Assembly (NCBI GenBank): GCA_964505255.1
Contig: CAZDHB010000002.1
Span: forward strand, 5,092-69,091
Source: an uncultured Porphyrobacter sp.
Lineage (GTDB): Bacteria; Pseudomonadota; Alphaproteobacteria; Sphingomonadales; Sphingomonadaceae
Direction: 5' to 3'
Length of the DNA stretch: 64,000 nt
Shown: positions 54,763 through 64,000 of the stretch, piece after piece
Numbering within the stretch: position 1 is the first letter of the stretch
Layout: every line of letters begins with the position of its first letter
Program-made: the position numbers and the translations under genes
The notes under the pieces: model-generated
Database searches by the model: none
Seen by the model: the letters and a program-made list of their open reading frames with translations, nothing else
What the model was told of the DNA's origin: nothing

Positions 54763-56214
54763 TCATACGCTCGCTCCATCAAGCAAAACCGCCGCCAATC
54801 GGTCAGCGGTCACACGTGTTGCGCCCGCAAGGCGAGCCTGGCGCTCGGCGCGGTCGCGCAAATTTTTTGCGGCAGAAATGCGCACCAGAACTGGCTGCGC
54901 TTCGACAATCGCGTCGAACTTCTCCTTTGCTTCTTTGTCCCATTCGAGCGGTGCATCAGCTACCGTGCGTGCCGGAGTTGCTTCGCCAGCGTCCATTTGG
55001 GTTGAGAGCGGCAAGATGTGGAACAAAGCGTCAAACAATGCATTGCAAACTTCCTGAACCAGATAGGTCGCTCCGGAATATCCCATATAGGGCGTGCCGG
55101 TGTGGCGACGTATCGCAGCGCCAGGGAAGGATGCTGGAATGAAAATGCCGCGCGCGCCTGCCTCTGCGAGGTACATGCGTTCATTATAACTCCCGAAGAC
55201 AATCATCGGCGGATTGCTGGTTATAGCCTCGCGCACTGCATGATTGTCAGGCTTCACCCCGGCGCTTCGGCCAAACGCAAACGAACACGGCAGTCCCATG
55301 TCATTTTCGAGGAAATTGCGAACACCGCGCGCATAGGTTTCGTTGGCTACAATTGCGAAATTCGCAGTGCCGAAAAAGTCCTGCGTAACCGATCGCCACA
55401 AGTCCCAAAGCGGCTTGATCGTGGTATGTTTTTCTTTCTCAATGAACGGTTCAGGATCAAGGCCGGTCATCTCGCCTAGCTGGCGCAGAAATTTGGTTGT
55501 AGAGTCAAGACCGATAGGAGCCTGCAGATAGGGCCGCTCGAGCATTTCGCACAAGTTGCGCCCAAACTCGCGGTACATGCAGATGTTCACGGATGCATTG
55601 GCCAGCTGGCGAATATCAGCAAGGTGCGTTCCCAACGGGAATACCATATTGACCTCAGCACCAACGCCCTCAATCAACCGCCGAATTTCGGCAAGGTCAG
55701 AGGGCATGTTAAACATGCCGTAAGATGGCCCGATGATATTGACTTTAGGCTTCTCACCCTCAGCCAGCTTCTTTGGCGCGGGCATTTTCTTGGGACCGAA
55801 TTCAGTCCACAGCCAGGACAATGCGCGGTCTTCAGACTGCCACTGATCTTCATCAATAGTGCGCGGCAAAAAGCGCTTGATATTCGTGCCCTCAGGCGTG
55901 ACCCCGCCGCCAATCATCTCAGCAATGGAACCGGTGACAACGACTGCGGGAAGATCCGGGTCAAGCGATTGCCATGCCCGCTTCATTGCCCCCTCAGTGC
56001 CGGTTTTGCCCAGCTCTTCCTCGCCCAGACCGGTGACAACGATTGGCAATTCATGAGGAGGCAGACCGTCAGTGTAATGCAAGACCGAAGTCACCGGCAG
56101 ATTTTCGCAGCCGACCGGGCCATCGACGATCACCTGCAGCCCCTTGACTGCAGTAAAGGCGTAGACAGCACCCCAATAGCCGCCAGCGCGATCATGATCG
56201 AGGATAAGCGTCAT
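54763..56214 (-). CDS. bchZ: Chlorophyllide reductase subunit Z
   Basis: [34 protein letters not shown] and [12 protein letters not shown]. Confidence 0.97.
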   Translation of the reverse strand: MTLILDHDRAGGYWGAVYAFTAVKGLQVIVDGPVGCENLPVTSVLHYTDGLPPHELPIVVTGLGEEELGKTGTEGAMKRAWQSLDPDLPAVVVTGSIAEMIGGGVTPEGTNIKRFLPRTIDEDQWQSEDRALSWLWTEFGPKKMPAPKKLAEGEKPKVNIIGPSYGMFNMPSDLAEIRRLIEGVGAEVNMVFPLGTHLADIRQLANASVNICMYREFGRNLCEMLERPYLQAPIGLDSTTKFLRQLGEMTGLDPEPFIEKEKHTTIKPLWDLWRSVTQDFFGTANFAIVANETYARGVRNFLENDMGLPCSFAFGRSAGVKPDNHAVREAITSNPPMIVFGSYNERMYLAEAGARGIFIPASFPGAAIRRHTGTPYMGYSGATYLVQEVCNALFDALFHILPLSTQMDAGEATPARTVADAPLEWDKEAKEKFDAIVEAQPVLVRISAAKNLRDRAERQARLAGATRVTADRLAAVLLDGASV

Positions 56215-57755
56215 GTGCCCACCGCCTCTGCCGCTTTGGCGGCCATGGCATTTTGCGCTGCGTATTTTTTCTTGAATTTCGGGCGGTCAGTCGGAGTTTC
56301 TTCCCAAATGCCGCTGGCATGGCCTTCACCTACACCCTCAAAAAATTCCGTCATCCGGTCAAAGCGCTCTTTGTTAGCCATCGCTGCATTGACGACTTGA
56401 GCAAGACTGCCAGCACCTGCTGGCCCCATAAGAGGCCGCGCCGAAATCAGATTGGTGAAGTAAAGCGCCGGAATCGCCTTGGCTTTCGCATGCTGAACAA
56501 CCGGGGTTGTGCCGATTGCCAAATTAGGGTCAAACTCTTCAACCGCTGCGATATCTTGTTCAAGGCTAGCCCGATAATTGACCTGCACACCCTTTGCCTC
56601 AAGCCATTCACGATCAGGATCGGACCAGCGCGTTTGCGGGCATGCTGTACCCACATAAGGCACATCCGCCCCGCTTTCGATAAGCAGCCGGGCGACCAGT
56701 AACTCTGAACCTTCATACCCTGAAACGGTGATGCGCCCCTTAACCGGCATTGCCGAAAGCGCGCCGTCAATCGCTGGCAGCGCAGCGTTTTGCGCCGCTG
56801 CAATGTGCTCAGCGCTCGCGCCAAACGTCTCGCCGATTGCTTTGAGCCAGGCGGCAGTCCCCTCGCGTCCAACCGGTGCAGAGCCCACAATAGGCCGTCC
56901 TGCCGCTTCAAATTCGCGAATGCTGGCGGTGTAGAACGGATGGATGGCTGCGACTATCTGTGAATCAAGCGCGCTGTAAAGCTCGCGCCATTCGCGCGTG
57001 GGCACCACTGGCCCAGCCGCCAGCCCCAAAGGTGCAAGCAAATGCCCGATCCCCACCGGATCTGCCGGGAACATCTCACCCAGCAAAGCGACAGAAGGCT
57101 TATCAGCGCGCTCTTTAGGCGTAGCTACAGGCCCTTGCTCAGCTTCCTCGCGGGCGTATTTGAGCATCGCCCCGGCGAGCACGTCTTTCGCTTCAGCATG
57201 CGTGGGAACACCAAAACCGGGCACATCAATACCGACAATTCTCACGCCATTGATTGAGTCTGGCAACAAGCGCAGAGGCACTCCGCTTGCCGTCGGCACA
57301 CACAGATTGGTGACCACAATCGTATCAAATTGTTCCGGGTCAGCCATCTGTTCAACGGCCTCTTTAATGTCCTCAAACAGCTTGCCGGTAACCAATGTTT
57401 CGGAACTGAATGGAACGTAGCCCACGCTGCGCCGCGCGCCATAAAAATGCGACGTGAACGTTAGGCCGTAAACACAGCAGGCTGATCCCGACAGGATCGT
57501 AGCCGTGCGCCGCATCCTTAGCCCTACGCGCAATGACCCAAATGCCGGGCACATGCTTTGCGGTTGATCGTGCGGGCCAACAGGATAATCCCGCTCATAT
57601 TGATCGAGAATATCGCTTTTGCCCGCCTTCTTCGCAGCCTCCTTCATGGTGTCCGCGCCGCCATGGCAGCCCGATCCCTCGCGCTCGGTGACCGCCGGAG
57701 CAAGATCGATCCGGTCAGCGGTGCGTTTCGCAGGAACGGTGGCGGTTTCACTCAT
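56211..57755 (-). CDS. bchY: Chlorophyllide reductase subunit Y
   Basis: [26 protein letters not shown] and [14 protein letters not shown]. Confidence 0.97.
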   Translation of the reverse strand: MSETATVPAKRTADRIDLAPAVTEREGSGCHGGADTMKEAAKKAGKSDILDQYERDYPVGPHDQPQSMCPAFGSLRVGLRMRRTATILSGSACCVYGLTFTSHFYGARRSVGYVPFSSETLVTGKLFEDIKEAVEQMADPEQFDTIVVTNLCVPTASGVPLRLLPDSINGVRIVGIDVPGFGVPTHAEAKDVLAGAMLKYAREEAEQGPVATPKERADKPSVALLGEMFPADPVGIGHLLAPLGLAAGPVVPTREWRELYSALDSQIVAAIHPFYTASIREFEAAGRPIVGSAPVGREGTAAWLKAIGETFGASAEHIAAAQNAALPAIDGALSAMPVKGRITVSGYEGSELLVARLLIESGADVPYVGTACPQTRWSDPDREWLEAKGVQVNYRASLEQDIAAVEEFDPNLAIGTTPVVQHAKAKAIPALYFTNLISARPLMGPAGAGSLAQVVNAAMANKERFDRMTEFFEGVGEGHASGIWEETPTDRPKFKKKYAAQNAMAAKAAEAVGT

Positions 57756-57758
57756 GCA

Positions 57759-58742
57759 TCAAACCTCGTCGTAAACCACTTCAAGGCTTGGCTTTTCTTC
57801 GAAAACACCGCCGCGCATATCGGCCTGCGTTGCGGGAACAAGTTCGATATTGCCGCCGGTGTCTTCGGGAGAGAAAAGGTCAAGAAGGCCTTCCTGATCA
57901 AGCGGCTTGGGCTGCTTCGGCGGAGCATCAGCTACATTGCTGGCAAGCTCTTCGAACAGGCCGCCCCATTCACCATCAGGAGTTCCGATAATCTGATAAT
58001 TGGCCGACTTGCGCCGAATATCTTCATTCGCGGGAATTGAGGTAAGGACCGGAACATCGACCGCCTTGGCAAAATTCTGGGCCTCGCCGGTGCCGTCATC
58101 CTTGTTGATGATCATTCCAGCAACGCCAACATTACCGCCCATCTTGCGGAAGTACTCAACCGCGTGACAGACATTGTTGGCAACATAAAGCGACTGGAGG
58201 TCATTTGAGCCTACAACAATCACTTTCTGGCACATGTCACGCGCTATCGGCAGACCAAATCCGCCGCACACAACATCACCAAGGAAATCGAGCAGGACAT
58301 AGTCAAAGCCCCACTCGTGAAAACCCAATTTCTCAAGCAGTTCAAAGCCATGAATAATACCACGGCCTCCGCAACCTCGACCCACTTCTGGCCCGCCCAA
58401 TTCCATCGCAAAGACGCCATCACGCTGGAAACACACATCTTCAATCGTCACTTCTTCGCCAGCGAGCTTTTTCTTGGACGATGTTTCGATAATGGTTGGG
58501 CAGCTTTTGCCGCCAAACAAAAGGCTGGTTGTATCCGACTTGGGATCACAGCCAATCAACAGAACCCGCTTGCCCTGCTGCGCCATCATGTAGCTAAGGT
58601 TGGACAGAGCGAAACTCTTGCCTGACCCACCTTTGCCATAAATAGCGATCACCTGAGTCTCAGACTTCACCTCTCCTGTGTGAACCGGATCGGGTTCCTG
58701 AGCCGCCTCTTCGCGCAATTTCGTTACATCCAATACGCTCAT
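57759..58742 (-). CDS. bchX: Chlorophyllide reductase iron protein X
   Basis: YGKGGSGKS, GCDPKSDTT, GRGCGGRG and [15 protein letters not shown] 58742 overlaps the bchC stop. Confidence 0.97.
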   Translation of the reverse strand: MSVLDVTKLREEAAQEPDPVHTGEVKSETQVIAIYGKGGSGKSFALSNLSYMMAQQGKRVLLIGCDPKSDTTSLLFGGKSCPTIIETSSKKKLAGEEVTIEDVCFQRDGVFAMELGGPEVGRGCGGRGIIHGFELLEKLGFHEWGFDYVLLDFLGDVVCGGFGLPIARDMCQKVIVVGSNDLQSLYVANNVCHAVEYFRKMGGNVGVAGMIINKDDGTGEAQNFAKAVDVPVLTSIPANEDIRRKSANYQIIGTPDGEWGGLFEELASNVADAPPKQPKPLDQEGLLDLFSPEDTGGNIELVPATQADMRGGVFEEKPSLEVVYDEV

Positions 58743-59674
58743 GCAGCATCTCTCCAATCGAGAACCATTTTCAGGCACTCAGGGTTTTCAAAAGCAGCCG
58801 GGTAAGCAGTCTTGGCCCGCCAAGCCGCGGAAATGTCAGTGATTAAGCCGCTCAAATCGAGCGCCCCGGTTTCAACCATGACGTTGACTGACGTTAGATC
58901 TTCCGGCTGCCATTCTGCCGCGACGCGCAGTCTCGCCTCGCGCTGGAAGGCGGGCGGAAAAGCGAACTGGATCGGCTGGTCATAGAAGCCTGCAAGCACC
59001 AGCTCGCCGCCCTTGGCTAACCGGCTGACGAAAACATCCATCGACGTCGCATCGCCGCTGGCATCGTAGATATTCGCATAGTCAGCACGGTTATCATCAT
59101 CAGGATGCATGACCTTGTAGCCAGCCGCGCCAGACTGACGATGCTGCGCCGTTTCCCAGACCACTGGGGCTTTCGCTCCAGCGGCAATGGTCAATCGCGC
59201 CAACAGCCTGCCCAAGACGCCGTGTCCGATAATCAATTCAGGCGGCTTACCCTGAGAGATCGCATGCAATGCAGTAGCTGCCAACGCATAAAGAATGCCA
59301 TCATGACCGAGCTTTTCTGAAACCGGCAGCGCGCGTGCTGATGGCAAGATGACTGACTTTGCCGAACCACCAAAGAGCCCACGCGCATCCTCATAGCAAT
59401 TGGCCCCAGGGACAAACACCCATTCGCCGATGCGCGCTTTTGCGCTGGCGCCGGCATCGGAAATCCAACCCACTGATTCGTAACCGGGGACCAGGGGATA
59501 TCCCATGCCCGGAAATGCAGGCATTGTTCCCATCCACAAAAGCTTCTCAGTGCCTGAGCTGATCCCGCTCCATTGAACATCGACCAACACATCCTCATCG
59601 CCCATCGGTTTGAGAGCGGATTCCCGCATGACCAAACTGCCAGGAGCATCAAGGATGATTGCCGCTGTATTCAA
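58739..59674 (-). CDS. bchC: Bacteriochlorophyllide dehydrogenase BchC
   Basis: SGISSGTEKL, GYPLVPGYE, VFVPGANC, GHGVLGRLLAR and LVLAGFY. TTG 59674 after GGAGAAGGG. Confidence 0.95.
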   Translation of the reverse strand: MNTAAIILDAPGSLVMRESALKPMGDEDVLVDVQWSGISSGTEKLLWMGTMPAFPGMGYPLVPGYESVGWISDAGASAKARIGEWVFVPGANCYEDARGLFGGSAKSVILPSARALPVSEKLGHDGILYALAATALHAISQGKPPELIIGHGVLGRLLARLTIAAGAKAPVVWETAQHRQSGAAGYKVMHPDDDNRADYANIYDASGDATSMDVFVSRLAKGGELVLAGFYDQPIQFAFPPAFQREARLRVAAEWQPEDLTSVNVMVETGALDLSGLITDISAAWRAKTAYPAAFENPECLKMVLDWRDAA

Positions 59675-59718
59675 AGACCCTTCTCCCCAACCCGCCAAGA
59701 AACGGAAATTTATCACAT

Positions 59719-59762
59719 GTTAATCTAATACGACGTTTGGAAATGTCAATTTTATTGGACAC
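59719..59762. promoter_or_regulatory. Tandem PpsR boxes upstream of bchC
   Basis: TGT-caattttattgg-ACA (59745-59762) and TGT-taatctaatacg-ACG (59719-59736), 8 nt apart. Confidence 0.88.
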
Positions 59763-59770
59763 TTAATCTG

Positions 59771-60907
59771 TCAACGGGTTGCAAGGATGGCGCGCGCAAC
59801 AATTGGAAGAGGCGTTGAAATCTCGCGAGATGAAGAAAAACCACTTTTTTTCAGTAGTTTATGGATTTCGTGACTGGCCCTTGGTCGACCAGAACCCATC
59901 GCCCAGAGATACATGCCGAAATAGGCATCCCCCATAGGTTTGGCACGAGGGGTTTGCGCCATGGGCTCAACAATCAACAACCGCCCCCCGGTTGGAAGCG
60001 AATCGCTCACCTTATGCAAAAGGCCCTCCGCAACGTCATCATGATGATCGTGAAGGATCCGTATCAATGTGATGAGATCAAATCCGGTTGGAAGAGAGTC
60101 TGTTTGGAAGCTGCCTTTATGCAAGGCCACTCTGCCTTCCATGGTCGAACCGGCAAACCTTTGGGCGGCCAGTGGAATAACATCAGGCAAATCAAACACA
60201 CCCAGCTCCAAACCCAAGTGCGCTGCGCCAACCTGCTCTACAAATGCTCCTGAACCACCTCCAATATCGAGCATTCTTGAATGCCGGCCAAAAGGATAAC
60301 GTCCGACAATCTGCCGCCAGACCATGGGCTGAGTTGCCCGCATCAATGCTGAATACGGCGCCGCGTCCTTGCTCGATGGCTCAACATCAGTGGCGTAATG
60401 CCAAAATTGTGCGAGCTGTGTTTGCGAGCGCTCCTGCAAACCCAAAAGGGCAATCGGATCTGCCAAATCTTTATACAGTAATTCATGGTGCTTGATCATG
60501 GCCAGCACGCCTTCATTGGCAGAAAGCGCGGCACCGGCTTCGCCCAACAGCCAAGAGCCGGCTTTCGGCTCTTCGGACAATTCCAACGCTCTTCCAGCCA
60601 GCAAAATTCGCCGTGTGGCTTCGTCAGAAAAACCGAGAAAGCGACCAATCTCAGCCTCATTTTTGGGACCTTGCGCTAAGCAGCCCAAGAGGCCAGACTT
60701 CACATAGGCCATAGTGATCTGGGTATAGACAAAGCCTGCCACCAGATCGAATTGAGCCGACGCTTTGCGCCGCGCAATGCTGCGCAAAACGGGTGTTTTG
60801 GCAGCCCATTCCTGAAATTTAGAGCTGCCCAAAACCTTGTTGCGCATAAGCACCCAGCGGGTTTTCCAGCCAAGGAAGGATTGCAAAGAGTCTTTTTTGT
60901 TTGACAT
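59771..60907 (-). CDS. crtF: Hydroxyneurosporene O-methyltransferase
   Basis: FDLVAGFVYTQ, LDIGGGSG, RILHDH and FGMYLWAMGSGRPR. Confidence 0.93.
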   Translation of the reverse strand: MSNKKDSLQSFLGWKTRWVLMRNKVLGSSKFQEWAAKTPVLRSIARRKASAQFDLVAGFVYTQITMAYVKSGLLGCLAQGPKNEAEIGRFLGFSDEATRRILLAGRALELSEEPKAGSWLLGEAGAALSANEGVLAMIKHHELLYKDLADPIALLGLQERSQTQLAQFWHYATDVEPSSKDAAPYSALMRATQPMVWRQIVGRYPFGRHSRMLDIGGGSGAFVEQVGAAHLGLELGVFDLPDVIPLAAQRFAGSTMEGRVALHKGSFQTDSLPTGFDLITLIRILHDHHDDVAEGLLHKVSDSLPTGGRLLIVEPMAQTPRAKPMGDAYFGMYLWAMGSGRPRASHEIHKLLKKSGFSSSREISTPLPIVARAILATR

Positions 60908-60913
60908 TGTGTG

Positions 60914-60931
60914 TGTCCAATTATTTGGACT
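60914..60931. promoter_or_regulatory. PpsR-like box in the divergent crtF/crtD promoter
   Basis: TGT-ccaattatttgg-ACT, one mismatch. Shares the extended TGTCMA-N6-TKGAC pattern of the other boxes. Confidence 0.65.
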
Positions 60932-60985
60932 TATGCTATTGAGTCGTCAAATTGAAACTGCGGTTTTAAAACTCGGAGGGCAAAA

Positions 60986-62533
60986 CTGGATCCGGTTGTC
61001 ATCATTGGGGCAGGGATGGGAGGCCTAACCAGTGCAGCGCTTTTATCCGCGCGCGGTGTGCCGATTATTTTGCTCGAAAAAGAGACTTCGTCAGGGGGGA
61101 AAATTCGCCAAATCGAGGTTGGCGGCGTTCCGATAGATGCAGGCCCTACTGTGTTCACAATGCGCGATGTGCTTGAAGACATCTTTGACAGCGCGGGCGC
61201 AAATCTTGCAGATCACATCCATCTTGTCCGCGCCAATGTGTTGGCACGCCATGCGTGGGATGACACAGGTCATCTCGACCTTTACGCGGACCATGAACAA
61301 AGCGCTGAGGCCATTGGTGATTTTGCCGGAGCGCAAGCAGCGGCAGGATTTCGCAGCTTTTCGGCCGAAGCAAAACGCATTTACACCATTCTTAACAAAC
61401 CGATGCTGCGCGCAAGCAAAGTGAGTTGGCCGTTGCCGTTGATGTGGCGGATTGGGTTGTGGCGCATAGCTGCGCTTCATGCCTTGCGCCCTTATGAAAG
61501 CCTGTGGAAAGTGCTGGGCGAACATTTTGCTGATCCGCGCCTGCGCCAATTGTTTGGCCGCTATACCACCTATTGCGGATCATCCCCTTTCCAATCGCCT
61601 GCCACACTTATGCTGATAGCCCATGTCGAAGCTCAAGGCGTTTGGGCCATTAAAGGCGGGATGAGCGCGCTTGCGTGTGCGCTCGAAACGGTCGCAACAC
61701 AAAACGGGGCGCAGTTTCGCTATGGTGCGCCCGTTGAATTCATTGACGTCCAAGACAAACAAGCCAACGGGGTTCAGCTTGCAAATGGCGAGTACATTCG
61801 TGCCTCCGCCGTCATCTGCAACGCTGACCCAGCTGCCTTAGGCGCCGGGCTGTTTGGCGAACAGGCGCGTCACGCCTCACCCCCATTGAAAACCAAAGAC
61901 CGTTCATTGTCGGCGATGGTCTGGCTCGCCAAAAACAAGGCAACAGGCTTTCCGCTCGAATATCATAATGTCTTCTTTTCGCGCGACTACGCCGCGGAAT
62001 TTGAAGCCATTCAGTCTGGCCATATTCCAAGCGAGCCCACCGCTTATGTCTGCGCTTTGGATCATGGACACGCACAACCAGGCACAAGCCAGCGCTTTCA
62101 AATCATCGTCAATGCGCCAAGCAATGGCGACAGGCACACCTATTCACAGCAGGAGCAGGACCTATGCACTCAGAACATGTTGAACAGGCTCAACGCCTGC
62201 GGGCTCGAGCTGGAGAGACCGCTTCAATACGCCTTGGTCACGCCGAACGATTTCTCGAAACGCTTCCCGGCGACCGGCGGAGCGATCTATGGACGGGCTT
62301 CGCACGGGTGGGCGGCCTCCTTCCTGAGGCAAGGCAGCCGGACGAGGATCCGTGGGCTTTACTGCGCAGGGGGCGCGACTCATCCCGGCGCGGGCGTGCC
62401 GATGGCAGCCTTGTCAGGCAAGCTGGCAAGCGAAACCGCTCTGTGCGACCTTACTTCGACACGGCGGTTCCACCCGGCGGCTATCGCTGGTGGTATGTCG
62501 ACGCGCTCAGCGATGACGGGAGCTACGGGCTGA
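60986..62533 (+). CDS. crtD: Hydroxycarotenoid 3,4-desaturase CrtD (probable CTG start)
   Basis: VVIIGAGMGG FAD motif begins upstream of the track ATG 61016. DAGPTVFTM, YTTYCGSSP and GATHPGAGVPMAALSG. Confidence 0.93.
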   Translation: MDPVVIIGAGMGGLTSAALLSARGVPIILLEKETSSGGKIRQIEVGGVPIDAGPTVFTMRDVLEDIFDSAGANLADHIHLVRANVLARHAWDDTGHLDLYADHEQSAEAIGDFAGAQAAAGFRSFSAEAKRIYTILNKPMLRASKVSWPLPLMWRIGLWRIAALHALRPYESLWKVLGEHFADPRLRQLFGRYTTYCGSSPFQSPATLMLIAHVEAQGVWAIKGGMSALACALETVATQNGAQFRYGAPVEFIDVQDKQANGVQLANGEYIRASAVICNADPAALGAGLFGEQARHASPPLKTKDRSLSAMVWLAKNKATGFPLEYHNVFFSRDYAAEFEAIQSGHIPSEPTAYVCALDHGHAQPGTSQRFQIIVNAPSNGDRHTYSQQEQDLCTQNMLNRLNACGLELERPLQYALVTPNDFSKRFPATGGAIYGRASHGWAASFLRQGSRTRIRGLYCAGGATHPGAGVPMAALSGKLASETALCDLTSTRRFHPAAIAGGMSTRSAMTGATG

Positions 62534-63378
62534 CGATCATTGGCTTTGTGGGAAGCGTTTTCTCACCCTACTACAAGAATTCGGGGCGCAAAATTCCGCT
62601 TGATCACAGCTGCTTGAACATCGCACTTTATGGCAAAAGCGGCGCGCGTTGGGTGATGACGGAACGTTGCGAAAGGGACACAGCCCAATCGCAAGATTGC
62701 TTGCAAATCGGACCAAGCGCGATGCGTTGGCACGATGACAAACTCATCATTGAAATCGAAGAGCGCGACATTCGCCTTGGCATACCCTGGCGAAGGCGGG
62801 TGGCGGGCAAGATCGTGCTGACCCCGCAAGTGCTTAACGCCCGCGGATTTGATCTGGACAGCCAAGGCAAACATGTCTGGCACACGATTGCGCCGCGCGC
62901 AGGTATCGAAGTCAACATGTCACAGCCGGACGTTTCCTGGTCTGGCAGTGCTTATCTCGATGGCAATCACGGCAGCGAACCGATTGAGGATGGCTTTCGC
63001 AACTGGCACTGGTCACGCGCTCATGCGGGCAAAGATGTTGCCGTTGTTTATGAAGGCAATCGCCGTGATGGTTCCCATTTCGCAAGTCTTTTGCGGTTCG
63101 ATGCTCAAGGTGTCCCACATGAGGAGGAATTGCCGCCAATCGCTCCTTTGCCGCCGACATTGTGGGCGATGAAGCGTCAGACCCGTGCGGATCGCGGATT
63201 CGCGCGCGTGGCGCGGACATGGGAGGATTCACCCTTTTATGCCCGATCAGAACTCAAACTTGGAATATTGGGGAAACAGGTCACAGCCGTGCAGGAGAGC
63301 ATTTCGCTTGATCGGCTCATTCATCCGGTGGTGCAGTTTATGCTGCCTTACAAAATGCCAAGAGAAGCAAAAGAGTAA
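62443..63378 (+). CDS. crtC: Carotenoid 1,2-hydratase CrtC (start uncertain, overlaps crtD 3' end)
   Basis: PPGGYRWWYVDALSDDG, FVGSVFSPYY, YLDGNHG.EP and EDSPFYARS. Confidence 0.9.
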   Translation: MRPYFDTAVPPGGYRWWYVDALSDDGSYGLTIIGFVGSVFSPYYKNSGRKIPLDHSCLNIALYGKSGARWVMTERCERDTAQSQDCLQIGPSAMRWHDDKLIIEIEERDIRLGIPWRRRVAGKIVLTPQVLNARGFDLDSQGKHVWHTIAPRAGIEVNMSQPDVSWSGSAYLDGNHGSEPIEDGFRNWHWSRAHAGKDVAVVYEGNRRDGSHFASLLRFDAQGVPHEEELPPIAPLPPTLWAMKRQTRADRGFARVARTWEDSPFYARSELKLGILGKQVTAVQESISLDRLIHPVVQFMLPYKMPREAKE

Positions 63379-63382
63379 CGCA

Positions 63383-63541
63383 TCACTTAGGCTTTTTCGC
63401 GTCCTTGGCGGCGGCTTTCTCTTTATCTTTGGCAATCTCGCGGTTGACTGACCATAACTGATAGAAGCCAAAGCCCAGCGCAACAGCACCGGAAAACACA
63501 ATTTCAATCCAGCCCAGATTATCCCATGCACTCGCTTCCAT
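63383..63541 (-). CDS. Small single-pass membrane protein downstream of bchO
   Basis: ATG 63541 after AAGGAG. 52 aa with one TM helix and a Lys/Ala-rich tail. Confidence 0.6.
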   Translation of the reverse strand: MEASAWDNLGWIEIVFSGAVALGFGFYQLWSVNREIAKDKEKAAAKDAKKPK

Positions 63542-63564
63542 TGCGCTCTCCTTAGTGCCCCGGC

Positions 63565-63999
63565 TCACTCAATAAATGATCTGACAAAACGCGCAATGTC
63601 CTGTGGATTTTCCTCATGCGCAAGATGACCAAGCGCTGTGACTTCTTCCAATTGTGACTGCGGAATGCGTTTGGCTGCCTTGGCAATGGCGCTGCGCGGT
63701 ATCGCTTTGTCATTTTCACCATGCACCAGCATGACGGGAAAGCGGACATCGCCCAATCGTTTTTCCAATTCCGCCAAATCCCAGCTTGCCATCATCCGAA
63801 TAGCGCCGTCGCAATGACCCGAATGGCGAAACAGGCGATGGTAAAATTCCACCCCATCTGGATCAAGCTGTGATCCGGTTGAGCGTTCAAGAAACAATCT
63901 GACATCATCGCGTCGGCGCGCCATGCGAGCAAAAATGATTGCGGTAAACGGATTGGTGAAAAGAACCTTCGCCAGCGCTGGAAAAAGTTTTGCCGCAAG
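63565..63999 (-). CDS. bchO: BchO alpha/beta hydrolase-fold Mg-chelatase accessory protein (5' end outside window)
   Basis: Frame is open to the window edge. LFPALAKVLF.NPF, MMASWDL and LGHLAHEE. Confidence 0.82.
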   Translation of the reverse strand, partial: LAAKLFPALAKVLFTNPFTAIIFARMARRRDDVRLFLERSTGSQLDPDGVEFYHRLFRHSGHCDGAIRMMASWDLAELEKRLGDVRFPVMLVHGENDKAIPRSAIAKAAKRIPQSQLEEVTALGHLAHEENPQDIARFVRSFIE

Positions 64000-64000
64000 T

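Noticed and set aside
62164-62442. crtC start at ATG 62164, giving a 370-nt overlap with crtD
   Set aside because: The extra 93 residues are the alternative reading of conserved CrtD sequence with no CrtC-like features. It cannot be fully excluded without Ribo-seq.

Overview
The window has two parts. (1) About 0.76-27.7 kb is an accessory uptake and catabolic gene cluster of unknown substrate. It encodes a TonB-dependent receptor, two MFS transporters, two lipoprotein hydrolases, an IclR regulator, four flavoenzymes, a PhyH-type Fe/2OG dioxygenase, a cupin, an ALDH, a RutD-like hydrolase, an OCD/mu-crystallin protein, two GSTs, an ICL-superfamily lyase, and a methylaspartate ammonia-lyase with a family III CoA-transferase but no glutamate mutase. 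It also carries two paralogous SAM methyltransferases, each adjacent to a paralogous small helical protein of unknown function. (2) About 29.5-64 kb is most of an anoxygenic photosynthesis gene cluster: cycA, hemA-puhE-acsF-orf-puhCBA-lhaA-bchMLHBNF, ppaA-ppsR-bchG-pucC-bchP-tspO, pufMLAB-bchZYXC-crtF, crtD-crtC and partial bchO. It has acsF, no pufC/pufX/pufQ in the window, and clear PpsR boxes. Gene order suggests an aerobic anoxygenic phototroph of the Sphingomonadales/Erythrobacteraceae type (inference, no database search was possible). A DUF3422-like gene sits between the two parts. The most novel-looking items are the duplicated methyltransferase/small-partner module, the mutase-less methylaspartate branch, the orphan catabolic island with possible degenerate flanking repeats, and a crtD gene that appears to require a CTG start codon. 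No rRNA, tRNA, CRISPR array, transposase or integrase was recognised. All family assignments come from motifs read by eye.
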